Positions 7,744 to 16,105 of a stretch of 32,764 nt of DNA are shown in pieces. Source of the stretch: Deltaproteobacteria bacterium (GTDB lineage Bacteria > Desulfobacterota > Desulfobacteria > Desulfobacterales > SG8-13); assembly GCA_032127235.1 (NCBI GenBank), contig JAQAZR010000110.1, forward strand, positions 1 through 32,764, written 5' to 3'. The notes beneath the pieces were generated by a model. That model had not been told where the DNA came from and searched no databases. It saw nothing but the letters and a program-made list of their open reading frames with translations. Numbering within the stretch: the stretch's first letter is position 1; each line of letters begins with the position of its first letter. The translations under genes and the position numbers were made by a program.

Positions 7744-7792
7744 ACGAAAATGGAAACTTGAAACTCGAAACTCAGAACTCGCAACCCGCAAC
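7744..7792 (-). repeat. Seven tandem 7-bp units; on the minus strand they read GTTGCGG GTTGCGA GTTCTGA GTTTCGA GTTTCAA GTTTCCA, the same family as 2236-2291 but inverted
   Basis: The plus strand reads acgaaaa tggaaac ttgaaac tcgaaac tcagaac tcgcaac ccgcaac, with AAC recurring every 7 nt. Confidence 0.85.
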
Positions 7793-7849
7793 TCGTGGAG
7801 GCGACTTCACCGGATAAGCGGTTGCGAGAAATGGCTGAAATTCGGCGCC

Positions 7850-7885
7850 AACGGGCTAAACAGGCTCAACGGGCCTAACGGGCTC
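7850..7885 (+). repeat. Four tandem 9-bp units (AACGGGCTA AACAGGCTC AACGGGCCT AACGGGCTC)
   Basis: Read directly from the sequence. The array lies in the same 262-bp spacer as the heptamer array. Confidence 0.85.
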
Positions 7886-7942
7886 AACCGATTTTCATGC
7901 ACCGTGGCGGCCTGAAAGACCTTGACCGTTTAGTACGAAAAT

Positions 7943-8443
7943 ATGGACTATGCGCATTTCATGACAGCGGCCCTTGAGCAAGCCGAAGTTGCCTACCATG
8001 CCGGAGAGTTTCCGGTTGGGTGCATTTTGGTTCACAAAGACCGGATCCTGGCGTCGGGTCGGCGGACTGGGACCACCGCCGAAGAGGTCAATGAAGTCGA
8101 CCATGCCGAAATGGTCGCCTTGAGACGCCTGGTGCTGGTCGGCAGGGATGTCGCACCAGCCGAAATTGTGCTCTTCAGCACGCTCGAACCGTGCCTGATG
8201 TGCTACGGCGCTGTCATTTTGAGCGGTATCAGAACCATTGTCTACGCTTTCGAAGACGTAATGGGTGGCGGAACGGGGTGCGATCTGACGCAGCTCAGCC
8301 CGCTTTACCGCAACGCAGGCATATCGATCATACCGCACGTGCGGCGTGCAGACAGCGTCCAACTGCTGAAAGCCTTCTTTGCCAATCCGCAAAACGTCTA
8401 CTGGAAAGACAGTCTGCTGGCCCGCTACACCCTCAAACAATAG
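7943..8443 (+). CDS. Nucleoside/nucleotide deaminase, cytidine-deaminase (CDA) fold
   Basis: The zinc motifs VDHAEMVAL and TLEPCLMCYGAV (HAE...PCxxC) are present. The C-terminal region is longer than in typical TadA proteins. Confidence 0.8.
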   Translation: MDYAHFMTAALEQAEVAYHAGEFPVGCILVHKDRILASGRRTGTTAEEVNEVDHAEMVALRRLVLVGRDVAPAEIVLFSTLEPCLMCYGAVILSGIRTIVYAFEDVMGGGTGCDLTQLSPLYRNAGISIIPHVRRADSVQLLKAFFANPQNVYWKDSLLARYTLKQ

Positions 8444-8676
8444 TTCGCTGCCGGATGTCAGCCTCCGGCTCCCTTGATCATCACTTGATGAGGGTCGAAT
8501 CGCAGACCGCCGATGATAATTTTTTAGGCTTGAATTTTTTTCTTGCATTCCCTATTGTTATTGGTTAACTCACTACACTAATAAATGATGACCGGCGTGT
8601 TTTGTGGAGCTGCATTAGCCGGGAGCGGCCACAGACGCCGAAGCGGCATTTACCTTTAGATGGTGGAGGTGCAGGG

Positions 8677-9216
8677 ATAGCCTTAAAAGGACGAATATTT
8701 AAATCAAAGCCGGTTGATCGGACCAACATCAATCAGTTCATCCGCGCCAAAGAGGTTCGGGTTATCGACCCGGAGGGAAATCAGGTCGGTGTCGTATCGA
8801 TCACCGAAGCGCTTAAAAGCGCAGCAGAATTCGGACTCGATCTTGTAGAAATTTCACCCAACGCGAATCCTCCTGTCTGTAAAATAATGGATTACGGCCG
8901 CTACAAGTACGAGCAGACCAAGAAAAAGCAGGAGGCCAAAAAGAAACAGACCACCTTCCAGCTCAAGGAAATAAAGGTTCGCCCCAATACGGACGACCAC
9001 GACTTGCAGGTCAAGATCGGTTCCATAAAAAAATTTATCGACAAAAAGGATAAAGTTAAGGTGACCGTCATGTTCAGGGGCCGGGAAATCACGCTTTCCC
9101 AGCTCGGCCGCGATATGCTGGCGAAGATTGCGGAAGAAACAGCCGATGTGGCCGTGGTAGAGCAGTACCCGAAATTTGAAGGCCGAACACTGATGATGGT
9201 GCTGTCCCCCCGATAG
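8677..9216 (+). CDS. infC: Translation initiation factor IF-3, probably starting at a non-canonical ATA codon
   Basis: The product contains INQFIRAKEVRVIDPEGNQVGVVS, LVEISPNANPPVCKIMDYGRYKYE and MFRGREI. The IF-3 core begins about 17 codons after ATA 8677. That codon is preceded by GGAGG (8665-8669) at a 7-nt spacing. There is no in-frame ATG or GTG in the appropriate region. The TTG at 8602 in the ORF track adds 25 non-conserved residues and has no SD. Confidence 0.85.
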   Translation: MALKGRIFKSKPVDRTNINQFIRAKEVRVIDPEGNQVGVVSITEALKSAAEFGLDLVEISPNANPPVCKIMDYGRYKYEQTKKKQEAKKKQTTFQLKEIKVRPNTDDHDLQVKIGSIKKFIDKKDKVKVTVMFRGREITLSQLGRDMLAKIAEETADVAVVEQYPKFEGRTLMMVLSPR

Positions 9217-9420
9217 CCCCGGACAACCCGCACCGGTTGTGAAAACAGATGTGGAAAGCAATCATCGGGTGTGGGAAAAATTTGCCGAAGTGTAAACACG
9301 ATGGTGGCGTGTGGCGATGTTGAATCCTTTCCCGCGCCATCTATTATTTTGAGCCGGACCCGGACGTCCCGATATGACAAAAGCGAAAAATCGCTGCTAA
9401 TACCAACAGAGGAGTCAGTG

Positions 9421-9618
9421 ATGCCGAAAATAAAGACCAATCGTTCAGCCGCCAAGCGGTTCAAAAAAACCGGTACCGGCAAATTTGTGTATAGCAAATC
9501 GCACAAGAGCCATATACTAACCAAGAAAACGACCAAACGAAAGCGACAGTCGCGTCAATCCCAGATGATTAAAAAGTCCGATCTCAAGGAACTGCGGCTT
9601 TTGCTGCCCAACGGATAG
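9421..9618 (+). CDS. rpmI: 50S ribosomal protein L35
   Basis: The product begins [29 protein letters not shown] lies upstream of ATG 9421. The track ORF starting at 9271 is an over-extension. Confidence 0.92.
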   Translation: MPKIKTNRSAAKRFKKTGTGKFVYSKSHKSHILTKKTTKRKRQSRQSQMIKKSDLKELRLLLPNG

Positions 9619-9797
9619 CGGCGGTTTCGACAACTTACCGGGGTGACCGGACCTGAGGGCAGTCTGCACCGCAAGACGATCTCGGGCTGCCGCCAATTGA
9701 CATGCGGCCGGTTTCCATTGGTCGCCGCTAAAGGCGTCCGCAGGCTCCGGGTTCGCCAGGTCGCCTCCGCACGGAGAATACGTTCAGGAGAACCATC

Positions 9798-10148
9798 ATG
9801 CGAGTAAAACGAGGATTCAAAGCGAGAAGACGTCGTCAAAAAGTATTGAAGCTGGCCAAAGGATTTCGCGGCGGCCGCAGTAAACTGTTTCGCACCGCAG
9901 CCGATTCTGTCGATAAAGCGCTCATGTATGCCTATCGCGACCGGCGGCAGCGCAAGCGGGAGTTTCGTCAGCTCTGGATTGCCAGAATCAACGCGGCGGC
10001 GAGGATGAACGACCTTTCTTACAGCAAGTTCATCAACGGTCTGAAACGCGCCGGCATCACACTGGACCGCAAGGTGCTGGCCGACCTGGCCATAACCGAT
10101 CCGGCCGGTTTCAGTCAGATTGCCAAGTTGGCGATTCAGCAGGTTTAA
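9798..10148 (+). CDS. rplT: 50S ribosomal protein L20
   Basis: The product reads [25 protein letters not shown]...[13 protein letters not shown]. Confidence 0.95.
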   Translation: MRVKRGFKARRRRQKVLKLAKGFRGGRSKLFRTAADSVDKALMYAYRDRRQRKREFRQLWIARINAAARMNDLSYSKFINGLKRAGITLDRKVLADLAITDPAGFSQIAKLAIQQV

Positions 10149-10158
10149 CCATACCACT

Positions 10159-11166
10159 GTGGAAACTTCGATCGAACAGATTTTAGAGGAGGCACTGAAA
10201 GCCCTCGACGATGCCTCGGATGCCGAAAGTGTAAAAGCTCTTTCTGTACGCTATCTGGGTCGAAAAGGCGCCGTGACCCTTTTTTTACGGGGCATCAGCC
10301 AAATGCCGCCGGAAAAACGGGCCGCAATGGGCAAGCGCGCCAATGACATCAAAAATACGATCGACAAGGCTCTCAAAGATGTCGTTCATCGATTCGAAAC
10401 CGCCCAAACGGGTCTGGAGGCACGCATCGATGTCACCCTTCCCGGCCGGCCGGTTCCGTTGGGCAGTCTTCACCCGATCAGCCGGGTCACCCAGGAAATC
10501 TGCGATATTTTTGTGCGGCTGGGATTCGACATCGTGGAAGGGCCCGAGGTCGAAAGCGACTGGTACAATTTCGAGGCACTCAACATCCCCAAGAATCACC
10601 CGGCCAGAGACATGCAGGACACTTTTTACATGTCTGACAACATCGTCCTGCGAACCCACACCTCGCCGGTTCAGATCCGGACCATGGAAAAACAGCCGCC
10701 GCCGGTGGCCGTCATCGCGCCCGGCAAAGTTTATCGCCGGGATTCGGACCTGACTCACACCCCGATGTTCCATCAAGTGGAGGGACTTCTGGTCGACCGG
10801 CAGATCTCTTTCGGCGACCTCAAAGGGGTTCTCACGACCTTTGTGCATCAGATGTTCGATGAGCGCACCAGCCTGCGTTTCAGACCCAGCTTCTTTCCGT
10901 TCACCGAGCCGAGTGCGGAAGTCGATATTGTCTGTGTCATGTGCCGCGGGGCCGGATGCAGGGTCTGTTCGCAAACCGGATGGCTTGAAATTCTCGGGTC
11001 CGGAATGGTTCACCCAGCCCTTTACGAGAACGTCGGCTATCCTGCCGGTCAGTACTCCGGATTTGCCTTTGGAATGGGTGTCGAACGCATCGCTATGCTC
11101 AAATACGGCATAGACGACATCCGAAAATATTTCGAAAATGATATCCGCTTCTTGAGGCAATTTTAG
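10159..11166 (+). CDS. pheS: Phenylalanine--tRNA ligase alpha subunit
   Basis: Motifs VRYLGRKG, HPISRV, LRTHTSPVQIR, FRPSFFPFTEPS and GFAFGMGVERIAM are present. GTG 10159 gives a typical N-terminus. The TTG at 10120 in the track overlaps rplT by 29 nt. Confidence 0.9.
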   Translation: METSIEQILEEALKALDDASDAESVKALSVRYLGRKGAVTLFLRGISQMPPEKRAAMGKRANDIKNTIDKALKDVVHRFETAQTGLEARIDVTLPGRPVPLGSLHPISRVTQEICDIFVRLGFDIVEGPEVESDWYNFEALNIPKNHPARDMQDTFYMSDNIVLRTHTSPVQIRTMEKQPPPVAVIAPGKVYRRDSDLTHTPMFHQVEGLLVDRQISFGDLKGVLTTFVHQMFDERTSLRFRPSFFPFTEPSAEVDIVCVMCRGAGCRVCSQTGWLEILGSGMVHPALYENVGYPAGQYSGFAFGMGVERIAMLKYGIDDIRKYFENDIRFLRQF

Positions 11167-11167
11167 C

Positions 11168-13582
11168 ATGCGGGTCAGTCTGAGCTGGTTAAAGGAATAT
11201 GTTGCGATCGAAATGTCCATCGATCGCCTGGTGAACGCTCTGACCATGGTCGGCCTCGAAGTCGATTCGGTATCGGATCGCTACACTTATCTCGATCGGG
11301 TGTTGGTCGGACGAATCCGTGACGTGCGCCCTCACCCGAACGCCGACATGCTCAAGTGTTGCGAAGTCGACATCGGCTCGGGCACCATCGATGTGGTCTG
11401 CGGTGCACCGAATGCCAGAAAAGATTTGTCGGTAGCGGTCGCCCTGCCGGGTGCCGTGCTTCCCGACGGAACGGTCCTGCAAAAGAGCGTCATCCGCGGC
11501 ATCGCCTCCGAGGGAATGATATGCAGTGAAAAGGAACTGGGGCTCGGAAGCGACGGATCTGGCGTCCTGAAGATCGATAACCGCCTGACTCCGGGTCGGT
11601 CACTGAAGTCTGCGCTCGAACTGGCCGACACGGTGATCGACATCGACCTGACGCCCAATCGGCCCGACTGCCTCAGCATTATCGGTATCGCACGAGAAAT
11701 TGCGGGCATTCAGAAAACGCCTCTCCGGTATCCGGACTGCCATTTACCCGGCAGCGGCAACGCCGTCGATGAGCTGACATCGGTCACCATAGAAGCCCCT
11801 GATCTCTGCCCGCGCTATGCAGCCAAACTGTTGTCCGGCGTCACCGTCGCTCCTTCCCCATTTTGGCTGCAGGATCGTCTCCTGTCGGTCGACTTGAGAC
11901 CCATCAACAACATCGTCGATGTCACCAATTTTGTGCTCATGGAACTCGGCCAACCGTTGCATGCCTTCGATTTCGACCGCCTGACCGGTCATCGGATCGT
12001 GGTGCGAACAGCCACGGCGGGAGAGGTCTTCACGACCCTGGATCAAAAAGAGCGGCAGTTGTCGCGGGACATGCTCATGATCTGCGATGCCGAGAATCCG
12101 GTGGCCATCGGCGGGGTCATGGGGGGGCACAACTCGGAAATCGAACCGGGTACCAAGCGCGTCTTGATCGAAAGCGCGTACTTTAACCCATCCAGTATCC
12201 GAAAGACGGCCAAGCAACTCGGACTGAACACCGAGGCGTCCTTCCGATTCGAACGCGGCGTCGATCCTCACGGAACGGTAACGGCTCTAAACCGCGCCGC
12301 ACAGCTCATGGCCGAAATTTCAGGCGCAACCCTAGTCGACGGCCTCATTGACGCTCATCCGAAACCGGTTGATGCCCCTGTCATCTCCCTCGGTGTCTCG
12401 CAAACGAACCGACTGCTGGGAACCGATTTCTCGGCCCCGACGATCGCGACTCTGCTGCAGTCGATCGAATTTGACGTAAGACCGGCACAAAACCATCACC
12501 TGACGGTAACCCCACCCAGCTTCAGGGTCGATGTCCGCCGTCCTGAAGACCTGATGGAAGAGGTCGCCCGACTCTCGGGATACAACAACATCCCGCTGAC
12601 CTATCCAGCCGTGCCCGTCAGAGGGCGACCTCTGCTTAAAACGAGGACATCGCGCAACCGGATCAAACAGCTGATGGTCGGCTGCGGTTTTAACGAAATC
12701 GTCACCTATAGTTTTATCGGCTCCGGTGACGGTGATCGGCTCGGGTTGAAAAATGACGATCCCCGGCGCCATACAGTGGCAATCCTGAATCCGTTGACCG
12801 AGGAGCAGGCTGTTATGCGGACCTCACTGGTTCCCGGTCTTTTACAAACCCTGCAGCTCAACCTCACCAAACAGGAAAGAAACCTGAAACTGTTTGAAAT
12901 CGGCAAAACCTTCTTCGCCACCGGACCCGACGCGCTTCCGGAAGAAATTGAAATGCTGGCCGGGCTTTGGAGCGGTTCACGATTTTCACCTTCTTGGCAC
13001 ACCAGTGAAGTGGACACCGATTTCTTCGATTTGAAGGGCGTGGTCGAATCGCTGTTGCAGCAGTTGGACGTGCAGAAAGTCGACTTTACCCGTCTACCGG
13101 ATGATGACTGCACCTACACCCGGCCCGGTGTCAGCGCCCGGATTCGGGCGCAAGAAACGGAAATCGGGCTGTTGGGTGAAATCCACCCCCAGGCTCTGCG
13201 CAGATTCGATTTGAAGCGAACGGCCTATATTTTCGAGCTGAATATTGACCGGCTGCTGCCGCTGATCCCCGACACGAAATCATCCCGGCCGATTCCCAAA
13301 TTTCCGGTGGTCACCCGAGATGCCACCCTTATTGTCGACCGCCTCATCGAATCCGGTAAAATTCTCCAATGCGTCGACCAAATGAACGAAGAATTGATCG
13401 AAGCCCTGCAGCTCTTTGATGTTTTCGAAGGCAAACCGATTCCTAAAGGACGCAAGAGCATCTCATTCAGAATCGTCTATCGCTCCTCGACGCGAACCCT
13501 GGAGGACGAAGAGATCAACCGGTTGCATCAGAAGATAACCGGACAACTGCTGGAAGAGTTCAAGGCTTCTCTTCCGGCCTGA
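11168..13582 (+). CDS. pheT: Phenylalanine--tRNA ligase beta subunit
   Basis: This 804-aa ORF begins MRVSLSWLKEYV. It has a tRNA-binding N-terminal domain and is collinear with PheT. Its start lies 1 nt after the pheS stop. Confidence 0.93.
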   Translation: MRVSLSWLKEYVAIEMSIDRLVNALTMVGLEVDSVSDRYTYLDRVLVGRIRDVRPHPNADMLKCCEVDIGSGTIDVVCGAPNARKDLSVAVALPGAVLPDGTVLQKSVIRGIASEGMICSEKELGLGSDGSGVLKIDNRLTPGRSLKSALELADTVIDIDLTPNRPDCLSIIGIAREIAGIQKTPLRYPDCHLPGSGNAVDELTSVTIEAPDLCPRYAAKLLSGVTVAPSPFWLQDRLLSVDLRPINNIVDVTNFVLMELGQPLHAFDFDRLTGHRIVVRTATAGEVFTTLDQKERQLSRDMLMICDAENPVAIGGVMGGHNSEIEPGTKRVLIESAYFNPSSIRKTAKQLGLNTEASFRFERGVDPHGTVTALNRAAQLMAEISGATLVDGLIDAHPKPVDAPVISLGVSQTNRLLGTDFSAPTIATLLQSIEFDVRPAQNHHLTVTPPSFRVDVRRPEDLMEEVARLSGYNNIPLTYPAVPVRGRPLLKTRTSRNRIKQLMVGCGFNEIVTYSFIGSGDGDRLGLKNDDPRRHTVAILNPLTEEQAVMRTSLVPGLLQTLQLNLTKQERNLKLFEIGKTFFATGPDALPEEIEMLAGLWSGSRFSPSWHTSEVDTDFFDLKGVVESLLQQLDVQKVDFTRLPDDDCTYTRPGVSARIRAQETEIGLLGEIHPQALRRFDLKRTAYIFELNIDRLLPLIPDTKSSRPIPKFPVVTRDATLIVDRLIESGKILQCVDQMNEELIEALQLFDVFEGKPIPKGRKSISFRIVYRSSTRTLEDEEINRLHQKITGQLLEEFKASLPA

Positions 13583-13603
13583 TATCGCTGACGGTACGCG
13601 TTA

Positions 13604-13634
13604 AGCTCTGCCACTGAAAAACGCAGTGGGAGCT
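13604..13634 (+). terminator. Stem-loop after pheT (weak, no U-tract)
   Basis: agctctgccactg-aaaaacg-cagtgggagct forms a stem with a 2-nt bulge. No T-run follows it. Confidence 0.3.
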
Positions 13635-13667
13635 CTTGAACCTGTACCCTGACTCCGTCTACTTCAA

Positions 13668-14015
13668 ATGACAATGCAAGAAAAAACGCAATTGCCGGAC
13701 AAACTCTACTTCAAGATCGGAGAGGTGAGCAAGATCGCCCAGCTGCCGACCTATGTGCTCAGGTTCTGGGAAAACGAATTTTCCTGCATCCGTCCCAAAC
13801 GCACCAGTTCGGGCCAACGTCTTTACCGCCGTGCCGATGTCGAAACAGTTCTGAAAATTCGCCATCTTCTGCACGAAAGAAAGTTCACGATCGAAGGCGC
13901 CCGCCAGTTTCTCTCGACTCAAAAAAACGACAAACCGGTCGCTGCGTCACCTCTGAGCACGAAAGAATTGAAGGACGAACTGGAGAGTATCCGCAAGTTG
14001 CTGGAAGACAGCTGA
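13668..14015 (+). CDS. MerR-family transcriptional regulator
   Basis: It has the N-terminal helix-turn-helix YFKIGEVSKIAQLPTYVLRFWENEF...SGQRLYRRADV. Confidence 0.85.
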   Translation: MTMQEKTQLPDKLYFKIGEVSKIAQLPTYVLRFWENEFSCIRPKRTSSGQRLYRRADVETVLKIRHLLHERKFTIEGARQFLSTQKNDKPVAASPLSTKELKDELESIRKLLEDS

Positions 14016-14107
14016 GCGGGAAATGCCGGCCGGCCGCACGACTATTCCGCCGCGCGGATCACCTTGCGACCCAACCGAACCGGCCACACAACACCCCTGC
14101 CGGCTTT

Positions 14108-15115
14108 CTAAATACTTTTAGTAGCCGGTGCCGTGACGGGAAACGGGGACGGATGGGATCGTTCGTCCTCCCGGCCGGCGGTTATTCCCAAGCGGGGGGA
14201 AAGTTCTCTTACAACGGTAAACGCTCGAATGGGGTTGAACTTTCCTTTGGCCCGCACTGCTTCGATTTCGACCAGCTCGAAATGGTCCTCGACGCAATTG
14301 CGCGAGTTTTCCGAGATGATGATCTGCCCCGCTTTGGCGGCGGCGCACAAACGGGAGGCGGTATTGACGGTATCACCGATGACCGAGTAACTCATGGTCT
14401 GAGACGAGCCGATGTAACCGGCCACCAGCGCGCCCGTATTGATGCCGACGCCGATTTTGATGGCCGGTTTGTTCTCGGCCTGACGGTTTCGATTGAATTT
14501 TTCTAGCTCGGCCTGAAACGCGAGCGCTGCGCGCACCGCCCGCGCCGGATCGTCGCCATGGGCAATCGGGGCACCCCAGATCACCATAATTTCGTCTCCC
14601 ATGAATTTGTCGACCGTCCCTTCGTAACGGAACACGACCGCCACTACGATTTCGAAGTATTCGTTGAGCATTTGAAGCACTTCGTCGGGCGGCGTCCTCT
14701 CACTCATCGAGGTAAACCCACGGATGTCGACGAACATGACCGTCGCCACCCTTGAGACGCCTCCCTTTTCGACCCTGAGCTGTCCCGAAACCACCATTTC
14801 GGCCAGATCGGGTGAGAGCAGCCGTTGGAACCGCTCACGGGTCAGGCGGTCCCTTTCAAGTTTTTTGGCCACCTCGCGCCGTTCGTTGATGGTATACTGC
14901 GCGTGGGAGCCGAATATGACAAACAGGCACAGGACGATCAGCCGCGTCCAGATATCCCGCATGTCCGCCCCGAGAATCCGGTGCAGAACAGGGCCTTCCG
15001 TCGACAGAAAAATGGCCACGATCGAGTCCAGCAACCAGTATACCGCTGCGATGCCGCAACCGATCAAGACCATCTGATCGGTGAAATAGACCCGATTTTT
15101 GGGTTTTTCCTCCAT
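14108..15115 (-). CDS. Membrane-anchored class III adenylate/guanylate cyclase
   Basis: There are two N-terminal hydrophobic helices. The catalytic core follows: ATVMFVDIRGFTSMSE, KFMGDEIMVIWGAP, GINTGALVAGYIGS and YSVIGDTVNTASRL. Confidence 0.85.
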   Translation of the reverse strand: MEEKPKNRVYFTDQMVLIGCGIAAVYWLLDSIVAIFLSTEGPVLHRILGADMRDIWTRLIVLCLFVIFGSHAQYTINERREVAKKLERDRLTRERFQRLLSPDLAEMVVSGQLRVEKGGVSRVATVMFVDIRGFTSMSERTPPDEVLQMLNEYFEIVVAVVFRYEGTVDKFMGDEIMVIWGAPIAHGDDPARAVRAALAFQAELEKFNRNRQAENKPAIKIGVGINTGALVAGYIGSSQTMSYSVIGDTVNTASRLCAAAKAGQIIISENSRNCVEDHFELVEIEAVRAKGKFNPIRAFTVVRELSPRLGITAGREDERSHPSPFPVTAPATKSI

Positions 15116-15272
15116 TTTTTCTGCCTGTCTTCTCGGCGACGCTTTTACGCACGGGTAGGCTGGAAGCCATATCGGTCATCCCGATAGGCGACCGGTCGGT
15201 AGACAATCGTTGATATCCTACCAGAGGCCGTCAAAATAGTCCAGACGCTTCAAAAATAATCGATGAAAATTA

Positions 15273-15301
15273 TTGACAAAGTATCAAATGTATCCTAATT
15301 A
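15273..15301 (+). promoter_or_regulatory. Candidate sigma-70 promoter for tRNA-Gly (TTGACA-17 nt-TAATTA)
   Basis: A perfect -35 TTGACA sits at 15273-15278. The -10-like TAATTA at 15296-15301 ends 13 nt before the mature tRNA 5' end. Confidence 0.4.
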
Positions 15302-15314
15302 GATGCTGCCGTAT

Positions 15315-15390
15315 GCGGGCATAGCTCAGTTGGTAGAGTACAAGCTTCCCAAGCTTGGTGTCGCGAGTTCGAATCTCGTTGCCCGCTCCA
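15315..15390 (+). tRNA. tRNA-Gly, anticodon CCC, with encoded CCA
   Basis: I folded the cloverleaf by hand. The acceptor stem pairs GCGGGCA with TGCCCGC. The D-arm is GCTC-AGTTGGTA-GAGT. The anticodon arm is CAAGC-TTCCCAA-GCTTG, with CCC at 15348-15350. The T-arm is GCGAG-TTCGAAT-CTCGT. The discriminator is U, followed by CCA. Confidence 0.93.
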
Positions 15391-15449
15391 ATTCTTCTCC
15401 GCCTTTCCTTCGCAGAAGGCTGAGTGAGGGTAGAACCAGAATTAAGTGG

Positions 15450-15478
15450 TTCATCGTCTTATTAAAGGTTAATATAAT
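15450..15478 (+). promoter_or_regulatory. Candidate internal promoter (TTCATC-17 nt-TATAAT) between the tRNA and rimP
   Basis: A perfect -10 TATAAT sits at 15473-15478, with a weak -35. This is a pattern match only. Confidence 0.3.
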
Positions 15479-15523
15479 GAATCGGTAATATTAACACTCT
15501 CAAAGACACACTCGGACTTGAAG

Positions 15524-15546
15524 AAACGGGCGGATGCCCGTTTTTT
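15524..15546 (+). terminator. Rho-independent terminator or attenuator between tRNA-Gly and rimP
   Basis: AAACGGGC-ggat-GCCCGTTT forms the stem-loop, followed by a T-run (15541-15546). The ATG at 15534 used by the ORF track lies in the loop. Confidence 0.75.
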
Positions 15547-15632
15547 GCGTTTATAGGGGCCAAACAAAAAAGGTGAGAAAAGAACAGAACCGACATAAGA
15601 ACCAGAGCGATCGGACATCAGTCGCTCCAGCC

Positions 15633-16103
15633 GTGCAAACCCGCTCGGAGCGGATCGCTCGGCAGGTTTTCGCAATCGCTGAGCCGCTCTGTGAAGCGGA
15701 AGGTGTCGAACTGGTCTTTGTTGAGTTTCATTCGGAAACCAGCGGCAGGGTTCTGCGACTCTTTGTCGACAAACCCGGCGGCATCACTCTGGACGACTGT
15801 GCTGCCGTCAGCCGTCAGCTCACCGATGTCCTGGATATCAGCCTGGAGGAGGTGGGCCCATACAGTCTCGAGGTCTCGTCCCCGGGACCCGAGCGGCCGA
15901 TCGGAAAAGTAGACGATTTCAACCGTTTCAAAGGGAAAAAGATCAAAGTTCAGACATCGCGGCCGATCGACGGTCGGAAAAATTTTACCGGTACTTTGGC
16001 GGGTATTTTAGACGGACGGGTCAACCTAACGATTGATAAGGAAACAGTCGCCATACCGCACACCGCAATAAAGAAGGCGCGACTGGTCAATCACGGAGAT
16101 TAG
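15633..16103 (+). CDS. rimP: Ribosome maturation factor RimP
   Basis: The product contains IAEPLCEAEGVELVFVEF, GRVLRLFVDKPGGITLDDCAAVSRQL and LEVSSPGPERP. The start must lie downstream of the terminator, and GTG 15633 is the first in-frame candidate. There is no strong SD, so the start is uncertain. Confidence 0.8.
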   Translation: MQTRSERIARQVFAIAEPLCEAEGVELVFVEFHSETSGRVLRLFVDKPGGITLDDCAAVSRQLTDVLDISLEEVGPYSLEVSSPGPERPIGKVDDFNRFKGKKIKVQTSRPIDGRKNFTGTLAGILDGRVNLTIDKETVAIPHTAIKKARLVNHGD

Positions 16104-16105
16104 CG

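Noticed and set aside
15361-15390. I looked for a duplicated tRNA-Gly 3' end (an att-like direct repeat) that would mark a tRNA-targeted genomic island.
   Set aside because: Only an 8-nt match (TCGAATCT near 29872) was found in the window. The genes immediately downstream of the tRNA are core (rimP-nusA-infB).
15534-15632. The long form of rimP starts at ATG 15534, as in the ORF track.
   Set aside because: That ATG sits in the loop of the rho-independent terminator hairpin (15524-15546). The extra N-terminal residues (MPVFCVYRGQTKKVRKEQNRHKNQ...) are not RimP-like.
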